Shown here piece after piece: positions 9,093 through 17,876 of a stretch of 27,680 bases of DNA. Both the position numbers and the translations under genes were made by a program. Positions within the stretch are counted from its first letter, which is position 1. Each line of letters begins with the position of its first letter. This DNA comes from a virus (lineage: Duplodnaviria > Heunggongvirae > Uroviricota > Caudoviricetes): IMG/VR virus record IMGVR_UViG_2585427778_000003. One strand, written 5' to 3'. The notes below the pieces were generated by a model. It made no database searches. It was not told the origin of the DNA and worked only from the letters and a program-made list of their open reading frames with translations.

Positions 9093-10184
9093 TCAGAACG
9101 TCTGCCCCATATCGGCCAGGCGGTTCAGGACCGGGTACAAAACCGGGATCAACGTCAGTCCGATCACCGTCTGAATGGCTTTAAGGATTTGTACAAAGCG
9201 ATCCCACGGCTTGACCAGCTTCCCGGCCATCTCCTGTGTACGCTTCAGCCCGTCAGAGCCGCCCAGTTCGGTGATATTACGCTGCAGTAACGCCACATTG
9301 CCGTACAGGTGTTTTATCACCGCTGAACTGTCACCAAATGCCGCATCCAGCTCCGCCTGGGCTTTCAGGTTCCCTTCCAGGCTTTTGCCGTATTTGCCCT
9401 GCAGCTTGATCAGCATTTCAGGCATGGACAGCATTTTGCCGGTGGAGTCCGTGAAGGACAGCCCCAGCTTTTTAGCTCCCTCCATCGCGCCGGTCATGAA
9501 GCCTTCGTAAGCGCTACTGGCTTCTGTTCCCAGCGTACGATTTAGCTGTCCCAGCACCGCCAGCTGTTCATCCAGCCCGACGCCGTAGTTAGTCCCGACA
9601 CCTCGCGCCCCTTCCATCAGGTCTTTGATGGTACCCATTTCGGTACCGAAGACCTTGCGCATATACACCATTTTCCCCGCCAGTTGCTCAGCGAACTGGA
9701 CTTTACCCAGCCGCGCCGCATCGGCGGAAAAGTTACCGTACATCTGCCCCATGAACTCCGCCGTGTCGGCGGATGTGGATTTCAGGGCAAATGCCAGCGT
9801 ATTAGCGACCTTCGTCACTTTCGGCAGCTCGCTGGCGGTAAGGCCGGCAATGGAAGCGTTAATGTTCTCTGTGGATTTGACGAACTCCACCGCGCTGGCA
9901 CCGTAGGTCATGCTGAACCGGAGCGCGTCACGCTGTACTGTCTTTAATGCCTGATTATCAATCCCTTTTGCGGCGGCATCATTCAGCGCGTCGTACATTT
10001 CGATAGCCGGCGATAACGCGCCTTTTATGGCCATCCCCGTACCGGCCAGCCCCAGCACGCCGCCGCCAATCTGCGAAAAGGCCGCTTTTGATTTTTCCGC
10101 AAAGCCGGTGACGCTGCCCTGCGCCTGTTTTAACGGGCGCGTCAGCTTATCAATCAGGCTTAATGTAAAATCTAACTGTTTCAT
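9093..10184 (-). CDS. Tail tape measure protein, N-terminal part (363 aa), ends at in-frame TGA
   Basis: Ala/Gly/Leu/Lys-rich, predicted helical; directly preceded by chaperone gene whose -1 frame ends on this gene's ATG (ATGA at 10181-10184). Confidence 0.65.
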   Translation of the reverse strand: MKQLDFTLSLIDKLTRPLKQAQGSVTGFAEKSKAAFSQIGGGVLGLAGTGMAIKGALSPAIEMYDALNDAAAKGIDNQALKTVQRDALRFSMTYGASAVEFVKSTENINASIAGLTASELPKVTKVANTLAFALKSTSADTAEFMGQMYGNFSADAARLGKVQFAEQLAGKMVYMRKVFGTEMGTIKDLMEGARGVGTNYGVGLDEQLAVLGQLNRTLGTEASSAYEGFMTGAMEGAKKLGLSFTDSTGKMLSMPEMLIKLQGKYGKSLEGNLKAQAELDAAFGDSSAVIKHLYGNVALLQRNITELGGSDGLKRTQEMAGKLVKPWDRFVQILKAIQTVIGLTLIPVLYPVLNRLADMGQTF

Positions 10185-10629
10185 TCCGTGCCTTTAAATG
10201 CAGTGCTGATTCCGTTAGCAACCGCTATTCGCATATTTTCCCAGTGGCGATTATCCAGCCAGATAGCAGCGGAAATATCATCCACGGAATCCTGACCGTG
10301 TGGTAAATAATGGCGACGCAAAATTAAATACTGTTCGAGTCCGTTCTGTTCAATTGCCCGGACTCGTTTTGTCAGTTTTTTACTTCAATTTCCAGTTCTG
10401 GCGCATAAAGCTCATTCACTTTTCCGGCAAGCTGGAGCGCTGCACCCGGACGTTTCAGAATGTCTTCCAGCGCTTCTTTACTTTCCGTTGCCACAATGCG
10501 TACAAGATAATTGTGCGCGGGTGCCACTTTATTATCCATCGCCATTTCGTTGATGAACTTATTATAAGCGGTCTGATTCGGTTCAAAGGTAATTTCTTTT
10601 TTGCATACAACCAGGTTAATTTTTTCCAT
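10181..10629 (-). CDS. Predicted -1 frameshift fusion product of the tail chaperone (E+E' / G-T type), about 147 aa
   Basis: Slip site GTA AAA AAC (complement of 10375-10383); -1 frame open for 62 codons with no stop until TGA at 10181-10183 overlapping the tape-measure ATG. Confidence 0.55.
10372..10629 (-). CDS. Tail assembly chaperone (role of P2 gpE / lambda gpG), 85 aa
   Basis: Small ORF immediately upstream of tape measure ending in slippery heptamer A_AAA_AAC followed by stop. Confidence 0.6.
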   Translation of the reverse strand: MEKINLVVCKKEITFEPNQTAYNKFINEMAMDNKVAPAHNYLVRIVATESKEALEDILKRPGAALQLAGKVNELYAPELEIEVKN

Positions 10630-10915
10630 AAATAACTTTCTCTCTTAAATTAATTTCATCAACAAGCGCGTTATGCCGTGCAGCACACTGCCCGTATAAC
10701 TCCAGATAAAGTGTCAGTAATTCCGCCGCGTCTTTTCCCTGCGTTCCACTCAGGCGCGGCAGCTGCGTGACGCATTTAGTTTTCAGGTTTTCCTGATAAC
10801 GTACGTTCGGTACTGGTGACGGCGTCGTTGTACATGCGGACAAAGTCATCAGACAGACACTTATTGGTAAATACCGGCTTAACCACTTCCGTGCGAATTT
10901 CACGCGGTGGCGCAT
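10616..10915 (-). CDS. Outer-membrane spanin (Rz1-like lipoprotein), 99 aa, overlapping Rz in another frame
   Basis: Basic N-region, hydrophobic stretch, lipobox LSAC, Pro-rich mature region; starts inside the Rz gene and extends beyond it. Confidence 0.65.
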   Translation of the reverse strand: MRHRVKFARKWLSRYLPISVCLMTLSACTTTPSPVPNVRYQENLKTKCVTQLPRLSGTQGKDAAELLTLYLELYGQCAARHNALVDEINLREKVIYGKN

Positions 10916-11108
10916 TTTTCAGTGCCTCCAGTTTATCTTCCAGCCGGCGACCAGATGAACCGGCAATTTCAGCCAGTTGTTCCCCGGTCGCGGTGACCGC
11001 TTTTGAGACAGTCAGATCAATACTGTCCCGCTGCCAGCCGGCCGTTTTCCAGCCGGCTATAAATGCCAGAGCAAGGGTGAATAACCAGCCTGACACGACG
11101 CGATCCAT
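10776..11108 (-). CDS. Inner-membrane spanin (Rz-like), 110 aa
   Basis: N-terminal TM segment (WLFTLALAFIAGW), charged coiled-coil-like remainder; ATGA-type overlap with endolysin stop at 11108. Confidence 0.65.
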   Translation of the reverse strand: MDRVVSGWLFTLALAFIAGWKTAGWQRDSIDLTVSKAVTATGEQLAEIAGSSGRRLEDKLEALKNAPPREIRTEVVKPVFTNKCLSDDFVRMYNDAVTSTERTLSGKPEN

Positions 11109-11449
11109 CAGCGCACCCCGTTATGTTCCAGGCTGAAATGATTACCATCAGGGCGGGATTTGAAGCGACCGCCCCATGAACCACCCAGCGATTCCCAGTA
11201 TTCGCCCAGTGGCAGATAATCTTCCGTTCGGGTTTTGTATTCCCCCTTCACGAACAGATTAAAATCCACGGCCAGACGCTGTGTGTGCAGGCTGTTGGAA
11301 ATGCCGCTGCCTTTCTTCGCATTCAGTGCAGCCTGTTCCGGAGTGCGGTATGCTTCACCAAACGTCAGCCACATACCGTTGGCATTGGCATACTGGATCA
11401 ACAAAGCAATCATTGACGTAAAACGCTGTTGTTTCTCGCTCAGTGTCAT
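11108..11449 (-). CDS. Endolysin, zinc peptidase M15-type (L-alanyl-D-glutamate peptidase / VanY-like), 113 aa
   Basis: Candidate metal ligands in SLHTQRLAVDF (His, Asp) and DGNHFSLE (His); sits between holin and spanins. Confidence 0.7.
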   Translation of the reverse strand: MTLSEKQQRFTSMIALLIQYANANGMWLTFGEAYRTPEQAALNAKKGSGISNSLHTQRLAVDFNLFVKGEYKTRTEDYLPLGEYWESLGGSWGGRFKSRPDGNHFSLEHNGVR

Positions 11450-11742
11450 TTCCCTGCCCCTTTATCAAAAATCCCTGTAAAACCCCGCTTACGCAGCCAG
11501 GCTTCCACCGCATTCTGCCCCAGAATACCCAGCGCCGAGCCAAATCCGGCCAGCGCGAGCGGATGAATATCCGGTACAAAGTACAGCGCCACCCCGGCAA
11601 TCAGTGACAGCCCGCTGCCCACAATGACACGCCCCGCCACCAGACGAAGGGTGATCGGTTCATCACTGTTGAGCAATTTACCCAGCGCAATCAGCGCCCC
11701 CATGACTGCCAGTGCAATGAACCCCTTTTCGTACTCCTGCAT
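11446..11742 (-). CDS. Holin, 98 aa, 2-3 predicted TM segments
   Basis: Hydrophobic segments FIALAVMGALIALGKLL, IVGSGLSLIAGVALYFV, LALAGFGSALGILG; ATGA overlap with endolysin start. Confidence 0.65.
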   Translation of the reverse strand: MQEYEKGFIALAVMGALIALGKLLNSDEPITLRLVAGRVIVGSGLSLIAGVALYFVPDIHPLALAGFGSALGILGQNAVEAWLRKRGFTGIFDKGAGK

Positions 11743-11754
11743 CCCTGCTGCCTC

Positions 11755-12210
11755 TTATCCAATCAGGTTTTCCGTGGCTTCCGCTTCCAGATACGGCACA
11801 CCGTTGATGTTGACGAACTTCGGACTTGTCACGAAGTATTTGATTTTATGCGTGGACACACTGCCACCCTTCGGATCACCATCCAGAACGCTGTTGAGCT
11901 GCAGCTTGTTACCAAAGGTTTCCACCTTCATTTCTTCTCTGCCGGCTTTGGCGTAAAAAAGGAAGTCAACCGGAGGAATGCCACGCCATGACCCCGCTGA
12001 ACGGGCTTTGGCTGTCAGAACCTGCAGCACTTTGGAACTGACTTCAATTTCACCCTCGGCAGCAACATCACCGTCCACATACCCGTCAGGGACACCGCGC
12101 GTCTGTGCCGCCGCTCTGTTATCGGTGATATCCAGCGAAATTTTTTCAATGTGGATCAGGTCGCCGTCCAGATAGATGTCAAAGGACATCCCTGAAATAC
12201 GTTTGGTCAT
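11755..12210 (-). CDS. Tail tube protein (contractile tail), 151 aa
   Basis: Follows sheath-sized gene with ATGA overlap at 12207-12210; size typical of tube proteins. Confidence 0.6.
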   Translation of the reverse strand: MTKRISGMSFDIYLDGDLIHIEKISLDITDNRAAAQTRGVPDGYVDGDVAAEGEIEVSSKVLQVLTAKARSAGSWRGIPPVDFLFYAKAGREEMKVETFGNKLQLNSVLDGDPKGGSVSTHKIKYFVTSPKFVNINGVPYLEAEATENLIG

Positions 12211-13334
12211 GCGCTGGCCTCCAGACTTGCATCCAGTAACAGACTGATGGTGATCTGCAGCGGTACTTCATACGTACGCACCACAATGTAAATATCCACC
12301 GCCTTTTTGTTCTTCCAGACAATGGTCACGTCACCGTCCTGTGGTGGTTTCACCTCGCCCGGAAATGACACGCCGTTGATGCTGGCCGCAGTGGACATTT
12401 CCCGCAACGGACGGGCAAACAGCGTCTGGTGTGCGGCAATACTGCCCGGTGTACTGTTAAGTGAGCGATCGGCAATCTTACCGATGGCCAGCAGACGAAC
12501 GCGGCGTGCAGCCTTATCCACAATACGCAGCGTCTCGATGGACTGGTAATCACCGCCCTCAACGTCCAGCGTGCGCCCGTCAGCCCAGTAAAAGCCGTCA
12601 TAGTCCGGATACCACATCGGCACGCTGTAGCGCTGTGCTTCCAGCGCCTGAAGGGTCGCCAGTTCCAGCGTTTCGCCGGCACCATCTTTCGGCAGTTCAT
12701 CACTGCCCGTACTCAGCAACGCGCCTGTTTTCACCCGTGCCGGACTGTCGGCGATGGTGACCGCACGGTTGCAGAGACGACCAGCCAGCACGCCCGGTTC
12801 ATTCCCCCAGAGACGGGGTACCAGCTGTACCGCTTTTTCCGCAATACCTTCCTGAAGGGTGGACAGACGCACCAGATAATCCGCCTGGGCTTCACCCTGC
12901 TGCATCCCCTGAACCGCCAGAATGAACCACACCCAGCGCCCGTATTTAGCAATCAGTTCAGATCGCAGCGTTGCCGCCTGGTTAATCTGCGCTTTCGCGG
13001 CCACATCATCAGACAGCACCACACCTTCCACCGAACAGGAGACCTGTGCGGCCTTAACGGCATCCACCCATGCCCCCGGCTCGCTGTCTGCGGCCAGCAC
13101 ATGAACAAATCCCCACCAGTTCTGGCCGGCGTTCGCCAGTGCGGCCAGAACATCACTTTTTAACGGGCTGTCACCCTCGCCCAGCAGCGCATCAAAATCA
13201 CTCTGTGCGTTAACTGCCAGCGTCTTACCTACATTTTTGGTTCCCGTGCCGATAAACAGCAGCGTGCGCTCCACTTCCGTGGTTTCACCCAGCAGCTGAT
13301 TTACCTGGTTTACGGTCACAATTGGCCAGGTCAT
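12207..13334 (-). CDS. Tail sheath protein, 375 aa
   Basis: Position after R/S-like genes and before tube; ATGA overlap with S-like gene at 13331-13334; size near P2 FI. Confidence 0.6.
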   Translation of the reverse strand: MTWPIVTVNQVNQLLGETTEVERTLLFIGTGTKNVGKTLAVNAQSDFDALLGEGDSPLKSDVLAALANAGQNWWGFVHVLAADSEPGAWVDAVKAAQVSCSVEGVVLSDDVAAKAQINQAATLRSELIAKYGRWVWFILAVQGMQQGEAQADYLVRLSTLQEGIAEKAVQLVPRLWGNEPGVLAGRLCNRAVTIADSPARVKTGALLSTGSDELPKDGAGETLELATLQALEAQRYSVPMWYPDYDGFYWADGRTLDVEGGDYQSIETLRIVDKAARRVRLLAIGKIADRSLNSTPGSIAAHQTLFARPLREMSTAASINGVSFPGEVKPPQDGDVTIVWKNKKAVDIYIVVRTYEVPLQITISLLLDASLEASA

Positions 13335-14035
13335 GCTCTCCCCCTGATATCCTGCGCGTTAACATCCCAGCCGAACCCGATAGCCTGCAGCTGTCGCGCC
13401 AGCGCTTTGTTAAAATCATCCTGACCTATCCCCAGAAACGCCCTGGCAGGTAAATCAATCTGCCAGGACGTTTTGACCGGTTTGTCCTCCAGTATCCGGA
13501 TAAGCAAACCTGCCTGTCTGGCGGTCATCCTTTCCTGTATTTCCTTATAACCGGGCTTACGCCAGCGCTTACCGCGCCTGACTTTATACCCGGCCTTGCG
13601 CAGACGTTTCGCCTGTCGCAGTGATGCAGGCTTGTCCCCCTGCTCACGGCCTTCCACCTGCTTACGGTTGACGGTCACGCTCATGCCGTTCTGCTGGACA
13701 TACCCCACCACGCCGGCAGGCAGATTTCCCTTCGCATTCCGGTAATGACCGCCGGCCAGATACAGCCTGACCGACTCTGTTTCAGGCATTTCCCGGATGC
13801 GGATCAGTTTCGGCATATTGCGCAACATTTTGCCTTTACGCCGGGTCTGTCGCGCCTGCCACTTATCACCCTCCGGCGACTGCTGATTGCGCACATTACG
13901 CTTTGCTGCAGCTTCCACGCCGTATTTCGCCATACGCCACAACAGCCGGTGACGTTTCGCAGAAGGTAAATCCAGTTTTTTCAGCGCCTCCTGGAGCTGG
14001 CGGAACTGTTCCTTGTTCAGCTCGCCATTTATCAT
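13331..14035 (-). CDS. Virion morphogenesis / tail completion protein, gpS-like, 234 aa
   Basis: Order L-R-S as in P2; basic Arg/Lys-rich insert; ATGA overlap at 14032-14035. Confidence 0.55.
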   Translation of the reverse strand: MINGELNKEQFRQLQEALKKLDLPSAKRHRLLWRMAKYGVEAAAKRNVRNQQSPEGDKWQARQTRRKGKMLRNMPKLIRIREMPETESVRLYLAGGHYRNAKGNLPAGVVGYVQQNGMSVTVNRKQVEGREQGDKPASLRQAKRLRKAGYKVRRGKRWRKPGYKEIQERMTARQAGLLIRILEDKPVKTSWQIDLPARAFLGIGQDDFNKALARQLQAIGFGWDVNAQDIRGRA

Positions 14036-14514
14036 TCCTGCCCCTCACTGACCGGGATCACCGTCACCTCATCAGCCGTCCAGACTTCGGGGTTTGCCAG
14101 CTTCCAGCGCTGGCCATCAAACGGGATCTGGCCTTTGGGATCGGGAACCAGATTAAGTTCCTCCACCATTGGCAGCGTCACCACCATGATGGCGGTTTCC
14201 TGGTCGATGGTTTCGATATCAAATTCCGGCAGCTCGGCGTCAATGCCGGTTTCCTCAAAGAGCGTGCGCTCATCCTGGCAAAGCCACGACATAAACAAAG
14301 CCATCAGGATTTTGGGATCGTACTCGCGGTAGGGATAACGCTCCCACGTCAGCACGGCGTTATAACGGATGATGGCAATACGGTACTGCCCCAGCCCGGT
14401 GTCCCGCTGTGCCGGGATGAACGCGATCTCGTCCATCTGGCTGTCAAATCCCTGCATTGCCCGTCTGGGCATGTTCGCAATGAGAAAATCGGTTAATGCC
14501 GTTAACTGGCTCAT
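14032..14514 (-). CDS. Tail completion protein, gpR-like, 160 aa
   Basis: Directly follows head completion gene L with ATGA overlap at 14511-14514; size as P2 gpR. Confidence 0.55.
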   Translation of the reverse strand: MSQLTALTDFLIANMPRRAMQGFDSQMDEIAFIPAQRDTGLGQYRIAIIRYNAVLTWERYPYREYDPKILMALFMSWLCQDERTLFEETGIDAELPEFDIETIDQETAIMVVTLPMVEELNLVPDPKGQIPFDGQRWKLANPEVWTADEVTVIPVSEGQE

Positions 14515-15002
14515 ATCATGGCCACCGTAATGCGTTTCAGCCCTTTGATGCGGCGTACTGCCAGTGTGGACTCTGCAATCAGGCTGGAGCGGGTTTCGTC
14601 ACTTTCCTGCCCCGGATGGCTCTCACGGCGACCAACAGACGCAAATTCGCCCATCAAATCAGCTTTGGCACGTGCATATACCGCTTTGCGATAACGGGCG
14701 CACAACAGATTTTCGCCGTCAATTTCCACGCCCGAAACGTCCGCCGCGCGCTCATGGCCAGCATTGCGATACCTTGCCGCCACACTGACCAGATCATCAT
14801 TGATTTCGCCGGCTGCAGTCAGCAGTGCCTGGCGGATGGTGGCCGCATCAATATCGGCCGGAATGGTGCGCTGGGACTGAAAATCTTTCACGCTCAGGTC
14901 AGGCCAGAAGCCATCATTCGTCAGAGTGGCATCGTCAAAATCAATTGAAGTTCCGCTGAACATCCTGTTTCTCCGGAAAAAAGCGGGCTGGCCGGTTTCC
15001 AC
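14511..15002 (-). CDS. L: Head completion/stabilisation protein, gpL-like, 163 aa
   Basis: Position after terminase small subunit M in the O-N-M-L operon; size as P2 gpL. Confidence 0.65.
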   Translation of the reverse strand: METGQPAFFRRNRMFSGTSIDFDDATLTNDGFWPDLSVKDFQSQRTIPADIDAATIRQALLTAAGEINDDLVSVAARYRNAGHERAADVSGVEIDGENLLCARYRKAVYARAKADLMGEFASVGRRESHPGQESDETRSSLIAESTLAVRRIKGLKRITVAMI

Positions 15003-15056
15003 GGGCGATACGCTTATGCGATCCCCTCCACCGCGCCCGCTTTCGGGTCGGTAGTC

Positions 15057-15248
15057 TTACTCGCCGCGTTTTGCGGCCTGAATCTCACCTTCTTCAAACC
15101 ACGCATCAGATGCGCGGCCGTCAGCAGTCTGATAGTGGATCAGATACTGATTGCAGCTGTTGGTGTACTCCGCACGGGCTTTGATATGCCCCTCTTCGCC
15201 GCTAATGGAAACTTCAACAACCCGGCCTAACTCATGCTTAAACGACAT
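15057..15248 (-). CDS. Small hypothetical protein, 63 aa, inserted between M and L; possible SH3-like small protein (YodC/DUF2158-like by memory only)
   Basis: ATG 15246-15248 with GGGAG 6 nt upstream; begins MSFK like enterobacterial small YodC-type proteins; no equivalent gene in P2 at this position. Confidence 0.45.
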   Translation of the reverse strand: MSFKHELGRVVEVSISGEEGHIKARAEYTNSCNQYLIHYQTADGRASDAWFEEGEIQAAKRGE

Positions 15249-15249
15249 A

Positions 15250-15963
15250 TCAAACTCCCGTAGACTCTTTTTTCAGCGCCCGCAGACGCGCAGCAATACG
15301 CTGCAACATCGTGCCAACACCACATTTAGGGTCGAATCCCTTCGCCTGCTCCAGCAGTTCCTTAGCCCGGAGCAATACTTCCCTGTCTTCCGTTGCCGCT
15401 GCGCGTGGCTCTCCGTTTTCATCGCGTAGCAGGTGCAGACCGGCAAACTTCAGGTATTTGGCCTTAATGACCTCATACACATTCCAGTGCTGCGTCACGT
15501 TTTCCAGCGTACGGCCAAAATACGGCTCCACATCATGCCCCTGTACGGCTTCCGCTTCCGCCCAGGACAACACCGTATCCGCCACAAACACCGGGAACGT
15601 ACTGCCGAACGCGGCCGGGGTTTCCTGCCCCCGCTGGATTGCCACATCCGCCCAGTCCAGCGCCTGGTCAAACTGGCCTGTATCAAACAGCCAGACGACA
15701 CACCAGGCAAAAACAGGATTCTGTTGCACACTGTCACCTTCCAGCCAGGATTGCGCGGTTGGCATCCAGCGCGGTAACAGCACATCACGCTTAAATTCCA
15801 TTCGCTCAGCGCGGCTTTCAATCGCTGCAGCTGCGGCGACATCTTTCTCCAGCGCGACAATCTGAATATGCAGGCTGGTTTCCGTGTCCAGAGACTGCTG
15901 CTGTCGCAGTAACCGCTCCGCTTCAATTCGTGCGCTGTGGCGCTGTGCCGGTGACAGTTGCAT
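15250..15963 (-). CDS. M: Terminase small (endonuclease) subunit, gpM, 237 aa
   Basis: N-terminus MQLSPAQRH matches remembered P2 gpM start (MTSPAQRH); position after capsid gene N. Confidence 0.85.
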   Translation of the reverse strand: MQLSPAQRHSARIEAERLLRQQQSLDTETSLHIQIVALEKDVAAAAAIESRAERMEFKRDVLLPRWMPTAQSWLEGDSVQQNPVFAWCVVWLFDTGQFDQALDWADVAIQRGQETPAAFGSTFPVFVADTVLSWAEAEAVQGHDVEPYFGRTLENVTQHWNVYEVIKAKYLKFAGLHLLRDENGEPRAAATEDREVLLRAKELLEQAKGFDPKCGVGTMLQRIAARLRALKKESTGV

Positions 15964-15973
15964 TAAATCCCCC

Positions 15974-17002
15974 TTACTCGCCTGCCGGAGGCGCGACAGG
16001 TGCCCCGATAGCTACCGCACTTTCATCAAACGCGGCGTACAGTTCCGGATACTCAACCGCATAACCTTCGTTACGCAGGTATTTGTTTTCGTACTGTTTA
16101 CGGTCTTCCACAAACTCCGCTTTACGCTGACGCGTGCCGCGCTGGGTGTAGATGTGCAGGTTTGGCAGTGTCGTAACAATCATGCGTTTGCCTGGCATAA
16201 ACGGCGGTACGTAAGCCGTGCGGCCGGCGATGCTGTCAGACAGCAGTTGCGCGGCGATCTTCTCCGTGGGTTTGTCTGCTTTCTGATACAGACGGAACGA
16301 CTCCGCCGCGACCAGATCAGCGCCGACAAGAACCACCAGGCGTGGATCATTACGGTACTGTGCCGGGATTTTGGCGTTGATAAGGTCGGAGGCCATTGCA
16401 TCCAGCGACACGTAATCGCCTTTCCCGTCACCGTCAAGCACCACCGCATCAGTGATGATCTGCTGGCCGTCCTTCCACTCTTTGACGATCTGATGCCAGC
16501 CCTTGTTCACATCCTCGCCGTTCGGGTTGGTTTCCGCGTTCGTGGTCTCGGCCACTTTGGTACCGTTAAAGCCGATACGCAGCATATCCAGCGCAAACGC
16601 CTGATTGGTGAACTCCTGAACACGCTGGAAAAACTCGTTTTCATCGCCGGCGTTCGCCCAGACAGAAAGCAACTGCCAGGTGAGTGCGGCGCATGAGTCG
16701 GTCTCGACCAGACTGTAATCATTACCACTCACGCCCACTTTCTTACGGAAGCGGCCATCCAGTACACGCCCGGTATACAGGCCAGAGCTGCCAACCGGAA
16801 CCACCTGCCCCTGCAGCTGATCGACATCGGCAACGGTGATCAGATTCAGGAAATCAGACTGCTCCATCAGCGCATTGCGCAGCTGGGTTTCTTTGGGGTC
16901 GGTGAGTGCAAACCAGCGTTCGCTGTCGGTCGCCCCGTAGGATTCACGCAGCCCGGTGTGATACTGAAGCAGAAACTCACGGGCTTTCGCATTTAATTGC
17001 AT
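15974..17002 (-). CDS. N: Major capsid protein, gpN, 342 aa
   Basis: Similarity to P2 gpN by memory (size, FNG.K..ET and VV.VG motifs); strong SD AAGGAAAAAG upstream. Confidence 0.85.
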   Translation of the reverse strand: MQLNAKAREFLLQYHTGLRESYGATDSERWFALTDPKETQLRNALMEQSDFLNLITVADVDQLQGQVVPVGSSGLYTGRVLDGRFRKKVGVSGNDYSLVETDSCAALTWQLLSVWANAGDENEFFQRVQEFTNQAFALDMLRIGFNGTKVAETTNAETNPNGEDVNKGWHQIVKEWKDGQQIITDAVVLDGDGKGDYVSLDAMASDLINAKIPAQYRNDPRLVVLVGADLVAAESFRLYQKADKPTEKIAAQLLSDSIAGRTAYVPPFMPGKRMIVTTLPNLHIYTQRGTRQRKAEFVEDRKQYENKYLRNEGYAVEYPELYAAFDESAVAIGAPVAPPAGE

Positions 17003-17036
17003 ATTCTTTTTCCTTAAAGAAAAGTAGTGTTATCCC

Positions 17037-17876
17037 TTACAGGAAATTGAAGCCTTTTTTGCCCTTGCTGAATTTCTTGTCCGGCAGTTGAGTAACTTTG
17101 TTATTCAGCTTGCTGAAGTTTTTCACCAGCTCCGGCAGGTTCCCCACCAGACGCGCAAAATCTTCGGTGTCCACTACTTCCTTCACGGTGTCCACATCGT
17201 CCTGCACATCAGATACCGCTTCTTCCGCCTCACCCAGACGGGTTTCAATAGCAGATACGCGCTTATCAATGGCATCCAGCGCTTCAGCCAGCGCCTGTAA
17301 GGCATCAGACTGTGAAGGTTCCTGCTCCGGGGTCTGCTCCGGTTCTTCGATACTGAAAAAATGGCGCCAGCCCTTTTTCGCTGTCTTTGACATTCCCTTT
17401 TCCTTTTTAAATTCCCTGACTTCATCAAACGCCAGCGGCTTGTATGGTCCGATGCGTTTTCCCCTGGTGCGGCTGAAACGTAACCGTGTGGTGCTTACCC
17501 CGGCCGGACTGTCAGTAATGGCCAGTCCCTCAAGATAGGTTTTCCCGGTATTTCTGAAATTGCCGTCCGGTGTAAACTCCGGTGATAAAAATAAAAGCTG
17601 ACCGTCTGCATTTGCCTGTAGCAATGAAATCGCCGGACAGAGGCGGGCATATAAACGAAGAATACCTTCATCATCCCGCTCGGCTTTTACTTCCAGCACC
17701 TCCCCCATATTCCCGAAATTACGGGAATGTTCCGGCCATAACAGCGCGGTATACAAAGAGGGGTCATATAATTCAGCGGCATCAAGCAACCATTGTTCTT
17801 CAATAAATCGCTTATCAACCGTTTCACCCGCAGTGGCGATACAAATCCAGTTTGTTGCCAGTTGTGAACCTGACAT
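17037..17876 (-). CDS. O: Capsid scaffolding protein, gpO, about 279 aa
   Basis: Aligns with remembered P2 gpO N-terminus (FDP..Y, INLEH-like); start set at ATG 17874-17876 preceded by GGAGG; ORF-track start at 17936 is GTG. Confidence 0.8.
   Translation of the reverse strand: MSGSQLATNWICIATAGETVDKRFIEEQWLLDAAELYDPSLYTALLWPEHSRNFGNMGEVLEVKAERDDEGILRLYARLCPAISLLQANADGQLLFLSPEFTPDGNFRNTGKTYLEGLAITDSPAGVSTTRLRFSRTRGKRIGPYKPLAFDEVREFKKEKGMSKTAKKGWRHFFSIEEPEQTPEQEPSQSDALQALAEALDAIDKRVSAIETRLGEAEEAVSDVQDDVDTVKEVVDTEDFARLVGNLPELVKNFSKLNNKVTQLPDKKFSKGKKGFNFL

Noticed and set aside
15884-16696. 270-aa plus-strand ORF, and similar long antisense ORFs (19516..20385 minus, 19001..19726 minus, 22729..23307 plus, 3347..3826 plus, 6818..7438 plus, 13903..14496 plus)
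   Set aside because: Each lies entirely opposite a well-supported phage gene (capsid, terminase, portal, primase-helicase, tail genes) in GC-rich DNA where stop-free antisense frames are common; no RBS or recognisable protein features.
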